From NCBI GenBank assembly GCA_051013385.1, contig CP143273.1:224001-288000 (forward strand): a DNA stretch of 64,000 bases. Reading direction: 5' to 3'. Each line of letters starts with the position of its first letter. Positions within the stretch are counted from its first letter, which is position 1. The stretch is from Phormidium sp. (GTDB lineage: Bacteria; Cyanobacteriota; Cyanobacteriia; Cyanobacteriales; Aerosakkonemataceae). The translations under genes were made by a program, and so were the position numbers. Shown here in pieces: positions 10,489 to 20,600 of this stretch. Under the pieces are notes generated by a model. It saw only the letters and a program-made list of their open reading frames with translations. It did not search any database and had not been told where the DNA came from.

Positions 10489-12039
10489 ATGGAAGTAGAA
10501 GAATTTTTAAATAAATATGCCCAAGGAGTCCGGGATTTCACGGGTATTAACTTAACGGAAGCGAACCTAAGTGGAATTAACTTGAGTGGAGCAAATTTGA
10601 GCGAAGCGAATCTGAGTATATCGAATCTCAGTGGAGCCAACCTCAGCAAAGTTAATTTTTACCAAGCAAAACTGAATGTAGCCAGACTCAGTGGCGCGAA
10701 TCTCACCCAAGCAAATTTATCTGGGGCAATTCTGAATGTAGCTAATTTAGCTAGGGCTGACTTGCGGGAAGCTGATTTATTTCAAGCAGCAATGATTCGC
10801 ACAGAATTAATTCGGGCGGAACTGAGTGGGGCTAATTTGAGTGAAGCTAATCTAACCGGAGCAGATTTAGGAGAAGCTAGGTTAAGATTAGCTAATTTGA
10901 GAGGGGCAAATTTAAGTGAAGCAAATTTGCGGGGAACTAGTTTAACTGGAGCTAATTTACAACAAGCAAATTTACATGGTGCGGAATTAATCCGAGCGGA
11001 TTTAAGCGGTACAGATTTACGTGGTGCAGAACTCAGACAAGCGAATTTAGGCATGGCGAATTTGACAGGGGCGGATTTGCGGGGAGCGAATTTAAGATGG
11101 GCGGATTTAAGTGGGGTAAATTTACGGTGGGCGAATCTCAGTGAAGCCAAACTAAGCGGCGCAAATTTAAGCGGCGCGGATTTAAGTAATGCTAATTTAA
11201 TGAATACTAGTTTGGTGCATACAGATTTATCTCAAGCTAATTTAATTCAGGTAGATTGGATTGGTGCAGATTTAACAGGGGCAAATTTAACAGGGGCTAA
11301 ACTCTATGCGGTGTCTCGATTTGGGATTAAAAGCGAAGGGATAAATTGTGAGTGGGTGGATTTGAGTCCAGAAGGCGATCGATCGCAAATTTATCGTTTA
11401 AATGCCGAAGAAGCTAGCAGATTTTTTCATCAAACATCCCCAACAATTCGGATTACTGTTGATGCCTCTTTAGATCAGGAAGCTAACTTCAATTTAGCTG
11501 CAACTTATTATCAAATCTCCCAAGAATACTCTAGCTTTGTCCGTCCCGCAAGTATTGAAGTTGGCGAAAGAAAAACTACCATAATCTTAAGAATTGCTAG
11601 CGATGATCAGCTATTTCTTAGTGCTTTTTTAGCTGTTTGTCCCTTTGAAAATGGTAAAAAAATTCAAGAAAATATTATTTTAATATTGCGATTAATCCAG
11701 AAAAAAGCCGAGGATTATTTGTTACTAGAATCCGAGAAAATAGAATTAGAAAAAATTAATAATCACATCAATCAAACCATGGCAAGTATCAAAGATATAG
11801 ACCCGAAAAAATACTTAAGTAAAAACATCAGTCAAATTGAATTCTTTAAAGCTCCTACACAAATTACCCTGACTAACTCTAGCGAACAAGCTTTAAATAT
11901 TTATCAAGATTTTAACTTCGGAAAACGCTTTGTAATGAATAATGTGTGGGAAACCTTACCAGATAAAATACCGGAGACAAAATTAGTGCTACCACCGCTA
12001 AATTTAATTTTTGATTTCCTCAGAAATTCTTATCTCTAA
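10489..12039 (+). CDS. Pentapeptide repeat protein with C-terminal domain
   Basis: About 270 aa of A(N/D)LxG repeats followed by a non-repeat domain. Confidence 0.92.
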   Translation: MEVEEFLNKYAQGVRDFTGINLTEANLSGINLSGANLSEANLSISNLSGANLSKVNFYQAKLNVARLSGANLTQANLSGAILNVANLARADLREADLFQAAMIRTELIRAELSGANLSEANLTGADLGEARLRLANLRGANLSEANLRGTSLTGANLQQANLHGAELIRADLSGTDLRGAELRQANLGMANLTGADLRGANLRWADLSGVNLRWANLSEAKLSGANLSGADLSNANLMNTSLVHTDLSQANLIQVDWIGADLTGANLTGAKLYAVSRFGIKSEGINCEWVDLSPEGDRSQIYRLNAEEASRFFHQTSPTIRITVDASLDQEANFNLAATYYQISQEYSSFVRPASIEVGERKTTIILRIASDDQLFLSAFLAVCPFENGKKIQENIILILRLIQKKAEDYLLLESEKIELEKINNHINQTMASIKDIDPKKYLSKNISQIEFFKAPTQITLTNSSEQALNIYQDFNFGKRFVMNNVWETLPDKIPETKLVLPPLNLIFDFLRNSYL

Positions 12040-12155
12040 ATTCATAATCAAATTCGGGATTTTCTGTCATCCATAATTAAAATAAGAGTTAGGAGTACAT
12101 AACTCCAATGATTCAGTTAATTCAATTGTCCCCAGTTTGATGGCAAGGTAGCCAG

Positions 12156-13712
12156 ATGGAAATAGAAGAATTATTCAGCAGATACGCAAATGGAGAACGT
12201 AACTTTGCAGCAATTAATCTAAGTGAAGCGCAACTAAGCGGAGTCAACTTGAGTGGTGCAAACTTAAGTAAAGCAAACTTAAGTATCGCCAATCTCAGTC
12301 GGGCAAATTTGAGTAGAACAGATCTAAGCTACGCTAAGTTGAATGTGGCTAGGCTCAGTGGAGCAGATTTATCTCAAGCTAACTTGAATTATGCTATTCT
12401 CAACGTCAGCAATCTAATTTTGGCTAATTTAGGCGATGCAGAATTAGTAGAAGCCACCTTAATTAGAGCCGAATTAATTCGGGCTGAATTTAGTAGAGCG
12501 AATCTCACAGGTGCTAACCTCAATAATGCGAATCTTAGAGAAGCAAGACTGAGACAATCTAACTTGAGTCGTGCTAATTTGAGTTCTGCTGACTTGAGGG
12601 GTGCTTCTTTAATCGCCGCTAATTTAGAAGGAGCAAATCTGCAAGGTACAGATTTAAGTAGAGCCGATTTAAGTAGTGCTAATGCGACAAACGCTGAATT
12701 TAAACAAGCAAATTTGAGTTTTTGTAACTTGAGTGGCGCAAATTTAAGCGGAACAAATTTGCGCTGGGTAGATTTGCGTGGAGCCAATTTGCGTTGGGCT
12801 GATTTAAGCGATGCTAAATTAAGTGGTGCTAACTTAACAGGAGCAGATTTAACTAATGCTAACTTATACAATGCTAGTTTGGTTCATGCTGATTTAAGAG
12901 AAGCAAGATTAATGTATGCTGATTGGACTGAAGCGAATTTATCAGGAGCAAATTTAACGGGCGCAAAACTGCATTCTGTGTCGCGATTTGGGTTAAAAAC
13001 GGAAGGGATAATTTGTGAGTGGTTAGATTTGAGCCCGGATGGCGATCGCACACAAATTCGTCGCCTCAGTCCCGAAGACGTGAGGAAGTTTTTTCATCAA
13101 ACATTACCCACAATTCAAATTATCATCGACGCTCCCCTAGACCATGAATCTCACATCGTTTTAGCCAATGCCTACCATAAAATAGCGCAAAAATATCCAC
13201 CTTTATCCCAACCACCAACCATCAAAGTTGGTCATCGTCGCACTATGTTAACCTTTGGAATGGAAAACGACAATCAATTATTTTGTGCTGCATTCGCCGC
13301 TATATTGCCTTTTGTAGATAGTGAAGAAACTCAAAAAAATATTGTGCGGTTTTTGCAAATGTTACAAGCTGATAACCCTAATGTTTTACAACAAAAAGAT
13401 AAAAACAGGATTAAAAAAACAGCTGAGGTTTTGACAGCAGATCTAGGCCAAAAATTTCAGATAAAATTAATGAAACCAGGTTTAAATATTCCCAAAAAAT
13501 TGAAATTTTTTCAGGCTCCAACTCAAACAGTTTTATGCAATTCAAGCGATCAGACATTGCCACTATATAATCACCCTAACTTTGGCAAACATTGGGCAAA
13601 ATCCTCTAACTTTGTCGATCCAGATGAATTTACTTCGATGAAATCAGTGGAATACACTTTACCAGAAAGTAGTATTCTCTCAAATTTTGTGAAAAACTTT
13701 CCTCATAGCTAA
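12156..13712 (+). CDS. Pentapeptide repeat protein, tandem paralog
   Basis: Same architecture; shares CEWxDLSPxGDR and FFxAPTQ motifs with the upstream gene. Confidence 0.92.
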   Translation: MEIEELFSRYANGERNFAAINLSEAQLSGVNLSGANLSKANLSIANLSRANLSRTDLSYAKLNVARLSGADLSQANLNYAILNVSNLILANLGDAELVEATLIRAELIRAEFSRANLTGANLNNANLREARLRQSNLSRANLSSADLRGASLIAANLEGANLQGTDLSRADLSSANATNAEFKQANLSFCNLSGANLSGTNLRWVDLRGANLRWADLSDAKLSGANLTGADLTNANLYNASLVHADLREARLMYADWTEANLSGANLTGAKLHSVSRFGLKTEGIICEWLDLSPDGDRTQIRRLSPEDVRKFFHQTLPTIQIIIDAPLDHESHIVLANAYHKIAQKYPPLSQPPTIKVGHRRTMLTFGMENDNQLFCAAFAAILPFVDSEETQKNIVRFLQMLQADNPNVLQQKDKNRIKKTAEVLTADLGQKFQIKLMKPGLNIPKKLKFFQAPTQTVLCNSSDQTLPLYNHPNFGKHWAKSSNFVDPDEFTSMKSVEYTLPESSILSNFVKNFPHS

Positions 13713-13780
13713 TAATGAAGTAATGGCAGAGGAAATAATTTAAAATAAGCTTAAAGGCAGTGGAGTTATGAAGTGAGGTA

Positions 13781-14383
13781 ATGAGTAGTATGCGCGATCG
13801 CATGAACAAAATGATGGGGCGCACCCGCTTTGTGGTCAGTCGGATTTTCATTCATTTAGCAGGTGATGAAGTGGCCCCCACAATCGGTGTACTCAATCAA
13901 GTGGGTAGAGATGCCATTGATGCAGAAGGTGAAATTGATGTCTTAGGTGAAGGATTAGAAGAAATTTGCCTCAGCTTATTACGAAATGACCTATATTGGC
14001 GATCGGCAGGCAATGAAGGAAACGTATTTTGGGACGAAGGTGAAGCAGGCGACGAAGTAAATTATTTATTTACCGACTCGGCTCAACGTTACAAAAGTGA
14101 CTCATACCCCAGTGAACAGGTAGGAAAAACCGAACCATTATCACTCCCAGTCACTCGTAACTTAATTGTTATGATCACAGTAGCATTTGAAGGGGAAGTA
14201 CCCCAGTTAGAAACCAATCTTGCCGATATTAACGCTCTCAAAGATGGTTTAAAAGCCCTGATTAATTTACATCATCAAAGAACTCTAAGAGCCATCCAAG
14301 TACATTGGTCTCCAGCCAGATTAGGTGATGAACTAACCGACGATCAAATATTGGAATATTATCCAGAACTCATCCCTCTATAG
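13781..14383 (+). CDS. DUF1517-like protein
   Basis: IVMITVA and AIQVHWSP...GDELTDDQILEYYPEL C-terminal pattern. Confidence 0.75.
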   Translation: MSSMRDRMNKMMGRTRFVVSRIFIHLAGDEVAPTIGVLNQVGRDAIDAEGEIDVLGEGLEEICLSLLRNDLYWRSAGNEGNVFWDEGEAGDEVNYLFTDSAQRYKSDSYPSEQVGKTEPLSLPVTRNLIVMITVAFEGEVPQLETNLADINALKDGLKALINLHHQRTLRAIQVHWSPARLGDELTDDQILEYYPELIPL

Positions 14384-14474
14384 ATATATATTTGAAAATC
14401 GTCAGCAAATTTTACTAAGCTCTTACTAAGCTCTAGAGAGCGATTAACCACAAATCGAAGTTCCTGAAAATAGC

Positions 14475-15389
14475 ATGAATATCAATCGATCGACCCTACG
14501 TAAAATCACAGTCATATTCCTCTCATTAACCTTGTGTTGGACAACCGTCGCTTGCGGTGGTGGAAATACACTTTCCAACACACCAGCAGGAAATCAGAAT
14601 GCTCCTGCTAGAACAGTTTCCAGTAAGATCACTGCCGGAGAATACCCCGTACAACAGGCAAGATACAACGATGCCAATGGGGAATATAGCCTGATGTTAC
14701 TCAACACGCCGCCTGGAACACCCGCCAACTTCCGCACCTCAGACTTACAAATGGCGCAACTCACACCAGAGGAAATTTCCGCTGGCAAAAAGAGTTACCT
14801 TAAGGTAGAAAACAGCGGTCAAACATCCCTACATATTCCCGAAGACTTCAAAATTGAGTATATCCGTGCCGTCACCGAAACCCGCCCCGATCCGCAAACT
14901 GGACAACCCCAAACCGTAATAGTCCGTCAAGAAAGCGGCGGTTTCTGGGCACCATTTGCAGGTGCAGTAGCAGGTAACTTAGTCGGCAATATGTTGTTTG
15001 CACCGAGATACTATGTACCACCAGTTTATCAACCTGGAATGTCTGTAATGACTGGTTACGGTGGATATGGTAATACCTACAGCCAAGCTACCACTAGCTA
15101 CCAACAACGGTATAACCAACCACCTGCGGCAGTAAGAAATCGCCCAGCTTATATCCGTACTACAGGTTCACTGAGAAATTATCCGTCTGGGAGTGGTACA
15201 GGATTCGATCGCCCAAAAAGCACCACACCCGGACAAAGAGCCACAGGTTCCGGTTTCGGTTCCAGTACCCTGAGACAATCAGGTAAATCCGCACCTAGTT
15301 CTGGTGGCACCTCCAGCTTCGGCAGCGGTGGGCGCTCTCGCAGCACCTCTGGCTTCGGTAGCCGCAGCGGTGGCGCGAGAAGACGGTAA
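14475..15389 (+). CDS. Lipoprotein with Gly/Ser/Arg-rich tail
   Basis: Lipobox TVAC; low-complexity GFGSS-containing tail. Confidence 0.75.
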   Translation: MNINRSTLRKITVIFLSLTLCWTTVACGGGNTLSNTPAGNQNAPARTVSSKITAGEYPVQQARYNDANGEYSLMLLNTPPGTPANFRTSDLQMAQLTPEEISAGKKSYLKVENSGQTSLHIPEDFKIEYIRAVTETRPDPQTGQPQTVIVRQESGGFWAPFAGAVAGNLVGNMLFAPRYYVPPVYQPGMSVMTGYGGYGNTYSQATTSYQQRYNQPPAAVRNRPAYIRTTGSLRNYPSGSGTGFDRPKSTTPGQRATGSGFGSSTLRQSGKSAPSSGGTSSFGSGGRSRSTSGFGSRSGGARRR

Positions 15390-15393
15390 GAGA

Positions 15394-15589
15394 ATTTTGA
15401 GTTTTGAGTTTTGAGTTTTGAGTTTTGTAGAGTTGGGGAAGTTTTGAGTTTTGAGTTTTGTAGAGTTGGGGAAGTTTTGAGTTTTGTAGAGTTGGAGAGT
15501 TTTAAGTTTTAAATTCTCCTCCGCTCCCCTGCTCCCCTGCTCCCCTGCCCCCCTGCTCCCCTGCTCCCCTGCTCCCCTGCCCCCCTGCC
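15394..15589. repeat. STRR block: (TTTTGAG)n followed by (CTCCCCTG)n
   Basis: Directly visible 7-mer and 8-mer tandem arrays. Confidence 0.9.
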
Positions 15590-15885
15590 TTGCCCAAATC
15601 CGCTGGGGAAATTATGAAAACCAATGACCGACTATGTTACTTTTTTTAATAGAAGTGAGAGCGTAGCAAAGCTCATCCTTTCCTAAAGGATCGAGAAGAC
15701 AATGCTCAACTGAGCTAACAACCTGCATAAAATTAAAGACGGGCTGTATTTGCCTTACAGTTCTGAGAGGCAAATATTTTTATCCCTAAAGCAGACAAAG
15801 GTTGGTTTTTAATTAAACCCATCCTCAAAGCAGCAGATTGGGAAACGCGACATCAGCAATACATTAGATTAGGAACTCTTGGTTC

Positions 15886-16554
15886 ATGTTTAGTAAGCAG
15901 GCAAAGGACTCGACAGTATATAACTGGTTCCAGGAACGCCTGGAAATTCAAGCACTTGACGAAGATATAAGCAGCAAGTATGTACCTCCCCACGTAAATA
16001 TTTTTTATTGCTTGGGTGGGATTACCTTAGTTTGCTTTTTAATCCAGTTCGCCACTGGATTTGCCATGACCTTCTATTACAAGCCAACTGTTACCGAGGC
16101 ATTTTCCTCGGTAGAGTACATTATGAATGAAGTCAACTTTGGTTGGCTAATTCGTTCCATCCACCGTTGGTCTGCCAGCATGATGGTGTTGATGATGATT
16201 TTGCACGTTTTCCGAGTTTATTTGACTGGTGGGTTCAAAAAGCCCCGGGAATTAACTTGGGTGACTGGTGTAGTTTTAGCGGTAATCACTGTTTCCTTTG
16301 GTGTAACTGGTTACTCCTTACCTTGGGATCAAATTGGTTACTGGGCGGTGAAAATCGTTAGTGGTGTTCCCGAAGCGATTCCAGTAGTGGGTACATTGAT
16401 TGCTGACTTGTTACGTGGTGGTTCCAGTGTTGGTCAAGCTACCCTAACTCGTTATTACAGCGCTCATACCTTTGTGCTGCCCTGGTTAATTGCTGTATTT
16501 ATGTTGTTACACTTCCTGATGATTCGCAAGCAAGGTATCTCTGGCCCCTTGTAA
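15886..16554 (+). CDS. petB: Cytochrome b6
   Basis: [37 protein letters not shown]. Confidence 0.99.
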   Translation: MFSKQAKDSTVYNWFQERLEIQALDEDISSKYVPPHVNIFYCLGGITLVCFLIQFATGFAMTFYYKPTVTEAFSSVEYIMNEVNFGWLIRSIHRWSASMMVLMMILHVFRVYLTGGFKKPRELTWVTGVVLAVITVSFGVTGYSLPWDQIGYWAVKIVSGVPEAIPVVGTLIADLLRGGSSVGQATLTRYYSAHTFVLPWLIAVFMLLHFLMIRKQGISGPL

Positions 16555-16610
16555 AATCAGAAGTTAACTGCTGTTTTTTCCTATCTCGACAGAGGAGCGC
16601 ACTTTTAAAG

Positions 16611-17093
16611 ATGTCCGTACTTAAGAAACCGGATCTTAGCGATCCCGTATTACGCGCCAAATTAGCTAAAGGCATGGGTCACAACTATTACGGTGAACCA
16701 GCTTGGCCTAATGACTTGTTGTACACCTTCCCGATCGTAATTATGGGTACGATCGCATTGTGTATCGGTTTAGCTGTTCTCGACCCGGCAATGGTGGGCG
16801 AACCTGCCGATCCTTTTGCTACACCTTTGGAAATTCTGCCAGAGTGGTACTTGTGGCCTGTATTCCAAATTTTGCGTACAGTACCTAACAAACTACTGGG
16901 TGTGTTACTGATGAGTGCAGTACCCGCAGGTTTGATTTTGGTGCCTTTCATTGAAAACGTCAACAAATTCCAAAACCCCTTCCGTCGTCCAGTAGCAACC
17001 GCAGTATTTTTATTTGGTACTTTGGTAACTCTGTGGCTAGGTATTGGGGCGATTTTCCCGATCGACAAATCTTTGACTCTCGGTTTGTTCTAA
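16611..17093 (+). CDS. petD: Cytochrome b6/f complex subunit IV
   Basis: [31 protein letters not shown]. Confidence 0.99.
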   Translation: MSVLKKPDLSDPVLRAKLAKGMGHNYYGEPAWPNDLLYTFPIVIMGTIALCIGLAVLDPAMVGEPADPFATPLEILPEWYLWPVFQILRTVPNKLLGVLLMSAVPAGLILVPFIENVNKFQNPFRRPVATAVFLFGTLVTLWLGIGAIFPIDKSLTLGLF

Positions 17094-17167
17094 ACTGAAG
17101 CAAGTTTTAATTGATGCCTGTTGAATTTTTTTGTTGTCAGAAAAGTTCAGCAGGCATCAAGCTATTT

Positions 17168-17223
17168 GTACGTTGTTGCGCTTCAGCGCTACTAACTAAT
17201 AGCGCTGAAGCGCAACAACGTAC
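17168..17223. repeat. REP-like palindrome
   Basis: GTACGTTGTTGCGCTTCAGCGCTA...TAGCGCTGAAGCGCAACAACGTAC; related copy at 18736-18801. Confidence 0.85.
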
Positions 17224-17232
17224 CACAATTAA

Positions 17233-17442
17233 TTACTCATCTTCTCGCAAATCCGATCGCAAATTGTCGCCTTCATTAATCATTTGTGGGGCAAAACCGG
17301 GATTAGAAAGTAATTCTTTGGGATTGTCGGGAATGTTACCAGTGCTAACTAAGTCTCTGGGAGCTACCACTCTTTCATCGTCAGTTGGAGGAGGAGCATC
17401 AACATTATCTTTGTATCCCGGCTGTTTAGATGTTTCAGCCAT
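17233..17442 (-). CDS. Small acidic hypothetical protein
   Basis: 69 aa ORF starting MAETSKQ. Confidence 0.55.
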   Translation of the reverse strand: MAETSKQPGYKDNVDAPPPTDDERVVAPRDLVSTGNIPDNPKELLSNPGFAPQMINEGDNLRSDLREDE

Positions 17443-17527
17443 AATTATTTTACCCAAAAACATACGCTTTCAGCCTAAAATTAGGATTAGGAAATACACA
17501 CTATCTGAAGACAGATAAAGATGAAAA

Positions 17528-17806
17528 ATGACGAAGAAGCAGAAATTTCCTCATTTAGTTGGTTCCAAATGGACAGCTTTACAAAAAACTTGGGGTTGGC
17601 GGCATTTTCAAGTAGTAAATCGCAAAAATCAAGGTGAGTGGGTATTTGCTGAGATGGTAGCTTCTTGCGATCCAAACGTGCGGTTTTGGATTAATGCTAA
17701 AGCGTTGAAAGATCGGACAATGTGGCAAGCTGGTTGGCAAACTTTACAAGAAATACAGAATATTGAGTTAGACTCAGAAGAAGAGATGATGTCAGAAATA
17801 CTTTAA
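17528..17806 (+). CDS. Trp-rich conserved protein (TIGR02450-like)
   Basis: GSKWTA, GWRHFQV, LKDRTMWQAGW. Confidence 0.85.
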   Translation: MTKKQKFPHLVGSKWTALQKTWGWRHFQVVNRKNQGEWVFAEMVASCDPNVRFWINAKALKDRTMWQAGWQTLQEIQNIELDSEEEMMSEIL

Positions 17807-17856
17807 TAAAGCTGAGATTGGAGTAACCTATAATTTAAAGGTGCAGCCAAGGTCTA

Positions 17857-18732
17857 GTGATGGAAACGAAACGCCTGGGAAAAGCTAATATTAGTGTAAG
17901 TGCGATCGGTCTAGGTGGAATGCCGATGTCGTTAAGCAGCAGACCGCCTGAATCGCAATCAATCCAAGTCATACATCGTGCCCTTGACTTAGGAATTACA
18001 TTCATTGATACAGCAGATTCTTATTGTAAAGACGAAACAGATAAACATCACAATGAGAAACTAATTGCCAAGGCATTAAGCGAGTATGCGGGTGATGTTA
18101 GTAATGTGATTGTTGCTACCAAAGGTGGATTGATGCGCCCGAATGGTGCATGGACAAGGAATGGTAATCCTGAGCATTTAAGGAAGACAATTAGGGAAAG
18201 TTTTGCGGCGTTGGGTGGGGGAAAAGCGATCGACTTATGGCAATATCATTCACCAGATCCAGAGTATAGTATTAAAGAATCGCTAACAGTAGCAAAAGAA
18301 GCAGTAGAGGAAGGATTAATTAAATTTGTTGGGGTTTCTAACTTTTCAGTTGAGCAAATTAAACGAGCGCGTGAGATAGTAGAAATTGTGTCTGTACAAA
18401 ATCAATTTAACCCTTGGTATCGCTTGCCAGAAATTGATGGAGTATTGAGATATTGTGAGAGAGAGAGTTTAACTTTTTTACCTTGGAGTCCGTTGGGTGG
18501 AAGTCGGAGAGTGGGGAGTTTAGAAGATGTAGAAACGATCGCCAAACTAGCAACAGAAAAACAAGTATCAGTATATTGTATTGTTTTAGCCTGGTTGCGG
18601 TCAAAATCGCCTAGTATTTTACCGATACCTGGGGCGAGTAAAGTTGCGAGTATTGAGGACTCAGTGCGAGCGTTGGAAGTGAGATTAACTGAGGCAGAAA
18701 TAGGTAGAATCGATCGAGCAACAGAAAGTTAA
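17857..18732 (+). CDS. Aldo/keto reductase
   Basis: IGLGGM, DTADSY, ATKGG, GVSNF, PIPGAS. Confidence 0.93.
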   Translation: MMETKRLGKANISVSAIGLGGMPMSLSSRPPESQSIQVIHRALDLGITFIDTADSYCKDETDKHHNEKLIAKALSEYAGDVSNVIVATKGGLMRPNGAWTRNGNPEHLRKTIRESFAALGGGKAIDLWQYHSPDPEYSIKESLTVAKEAVEEGLIKFVGVSNFSVEQIKRAREIVEIVSVQNQFNPWYRLPEIDGVLRYCERESLTFLPWSPLGGSRRVGSLEDVETIAKLATEKQVSVYCIVLAWLRSKSPSILPIPGASKVASIEDSVRALEVRLTEAEIGRIDRATES

Positions 18733-18735
18733 AAG

Positions 18736-18801
18736 GTACGTTGTTGGGCTTTAGCCCTCTTTTTTAGAGTGCAATAAGAGCGCTAAAGCGCAACAACGTA
18801 C
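18736..18801. repeat. REP-like palindrome between convergent genes
   Basis: GTACGTTGTTGGGCTTTAGC...GCTAAAGCGCAACAACGTAC. Confidence 0.8.
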
Positions 18802-18807
18802 TAAATA

Positions 18808-19323
18808 TTAACCGAAATAGCGACCAGCCATTTGCATAGCATCAGCGATATCGACATCGCCATCGCCATCAGCATCGAGGAAATTATTAACTACAGGATT
18901 TCCACCTTGAGGATTTTGGGGATTGTTACCAGTTTGGAGGAAATTTAGTACTAGAGGAACTAACATGGGGAGAAGTTGGAGGATGGTATTGCGATCGATC
19001 CCAGTTCTTTGAGAAACTACATCTGCGACAGATTCCCAGTGAGAACCAAATAAAGCATTAACAGCAGAAGGATTGGGGGAAGTCCCAGCAAATTGATTTA
19101 TGATACTTTCAACTAATTGATTACCACCTTCGGCACGCTTTTCCTGTAAAGCAGAACGCACCAAACTACCAACACCCGACAAAGCAGTTTGCATTGTAGA
19201 ACTACCAACACCTTGGTTGTTTTGTACCTGCTGGACGCTATTAAAAATGTTAGCGAGTTGACCTGCATTAGCTTGCAAGTTGGGGTCATTAACTGCGTTG
19301 AGTATTTGGTCGAAAAGTCCCAT
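18808..19323 (-). CDS. DUF937-like protein
   Basis: Start MGLFDQIL; LLPMLVPLVL; C-terminal LDADGDGDVD EF-hand-like motif. Confidence 0.8.
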   Translation of the reverse strand: MGLFDQILNAVNDPNLQANAGQLANIFNSVQQVQNNQGVGSSTMQTALSGVGSLVRSALQEKRAEGGNQLVESIINQFAGTSPNPSAVNALFGSHWESVADVVSQRTGIDRNTILQLLPMLVPLVLNFLQTGNNPQNPQGGNPVVNNFLDADGDGDVDIADAMQMAGRYFG

Positions 19324-19426
19324 AGTTTTAGATTTTTGAGTTATATAGATAAAGTTCTCACATTTGCTTGATAATCGTAAACAGAGTTTACCCAGATAGA
19401 CAAAAGCCTTATGGCTGAATTTTTTT

Positions 19427-19966
19427 ATGGAATATAGTTGCGGTTGTTCGATGAGTCGTCGTTGGTTTGTGCGATCGATCTTACCAGGTGTGTTGTCGTT
19501 AGGTATTTTAGGTTTTACTCGACCAGCTTTAGCCCAAAAAACAGCAAAAGCTTTGGTGCTCAGTTGCATTGATTTTCGGATTTTGGAAGCAGAACGTTAT
19601 TTTTTATCTTTAAATAACTTGGGAAATCAATATGATTTAACTGCTTTGGCGGGGAGTTCTTTGGCGTTAAGTGGTCTGCCACATCCGGCAGATGCTCAAG
19701 CTTTTTGGGATCAGTTAGAGTTATCTTATCGGTTGCATCATATTCAAAAGGTGATTATTTTGGATCACCAAGATTGTGCGGCTTTTGCTGATAAAGTTAG
19801 TCCTGAGTTGAGTAAGGATGCAGAGTTAGAGTTGCAGGTGCATCGGGAGTATTTGAGTCGGGCTTATTGGGAGATTCGGGAGCGTTACCCGGATTTGAAT
19901 ATTGAGTTATACTTTGTAGGGTTGAATGCGGATGTTAAGCCGATTAGTCCTTTGGCGAAGGTTTAA
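19427..19966 (+). CDS. Beta-carbonic anhydrase-like protein with Tat signal
   Basis: SRRWFV twin-arginine signal; CIDFR and HQDC Zn ligands. Confidence 0.75.
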   Translation: MEYSCGCSMSRRWFVRSILPGVLSLGILGFTRPALAQKTAKALVLSCIDFRILEAERYFLSLNNLGNQYDLTALAGSSLALSGLPHPADAQAFWDQLELSYRLHHIQKVIILDHQDCAAFADKVSPELSKDAELELQVHREYLSRAYWEIRERYPDLNIELYFVGLNADVKPISPLAKV

Positions 19967-20071
19967 GAGTTTTTTTTAAACCGCAGAGACGCAGAGGACG
20001 CAGAGGGAGGATTAAGAGGAGAGAACTAGGCGTTTGATGCCGTCTTTGGGGGAAGGTTTAAGAGTTTTTTT

Positions 20072-20540
20072 TGAACCGCAGAGACGCAGAGGACGCAGAG
20101 AGAGGATTAAGAGGAGAGGACTAGGCGTTTGATGCCCTCTCTGAGGACGGGAACGTTGAAGTTGATGAGAAGGGCAAGGGGACATTTGGTGATTTTTAGG
20201 TAGGAGATGACTTGGGCATCGTGGATGGGTGTAAGTTTTTCTACTGCTTTTAATTCCACTACTAAAAGATTAGCGACTAAGAAATCTAATTCATTCTCTC
20301 CAACTTGATGACCTTTGTAATTTATTGCTACTTTTTTCTTAGGTTCATGAGGTATGTTAAGTGCCTGAAATTCCCTAGCCAAAGCGTATTGATACACTGA
20401 CTCCAAAAATCCTGGCCCCAACACTCGATGCACCTCCATTGCTGCCCCAATCACAGCATAAGTCAACTCACTCATCTCTCCCCCAAAACTACCTCTCTCT
20501 CCATTTCTTCTCTCTGCGTCCTCTGCGTCTCTGCGGTTCA
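20072..20540. mobile_element. Putative GxxExxY cassette bounded by a 32-bp perfect inverted repeat
   Basis: TGAACCGCAGAGACGCAGAGGACGCAGAGAGA at 20072-20103 and its reverse complement at 20509-20540; no TSD seen. Confidence 0.5.
20107..20475 (-). CDS. GxxExxY protein (PD-(D/E)XK-like nuclease fold)
   Basis: [35 protein letters not shown]; alternative start at 20541. Confidence 0.93.
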   Translation of the reverse strand: MSELTYAVIGAAMEVHRVLGPGFLESVYQYALAREFQALNIPHEPKKKVAINYKGHQVGENELDFLVANLLVVELKAVEKLTPIHDAQVISYLKITKCPLALLINFNVPVLREGIKRLVLSS

Positions 20541-20600
20541 TTCCTCTTACCTCCCTCTCCTTATGGCAAAATTTTACCAGAACAGCGAATCCCTGAACAA

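Noticed and set aside
10782..12871. Antisense ORFs inside the pentapeptide genes
   Set aside because: Shadows of repetitive codon usage
17111..17518. 135 aa plus-strand ORF after petD
   Set aside because: Runs through a terminator-like hairpin and a REP palindrome, antisense to a more plausible gene
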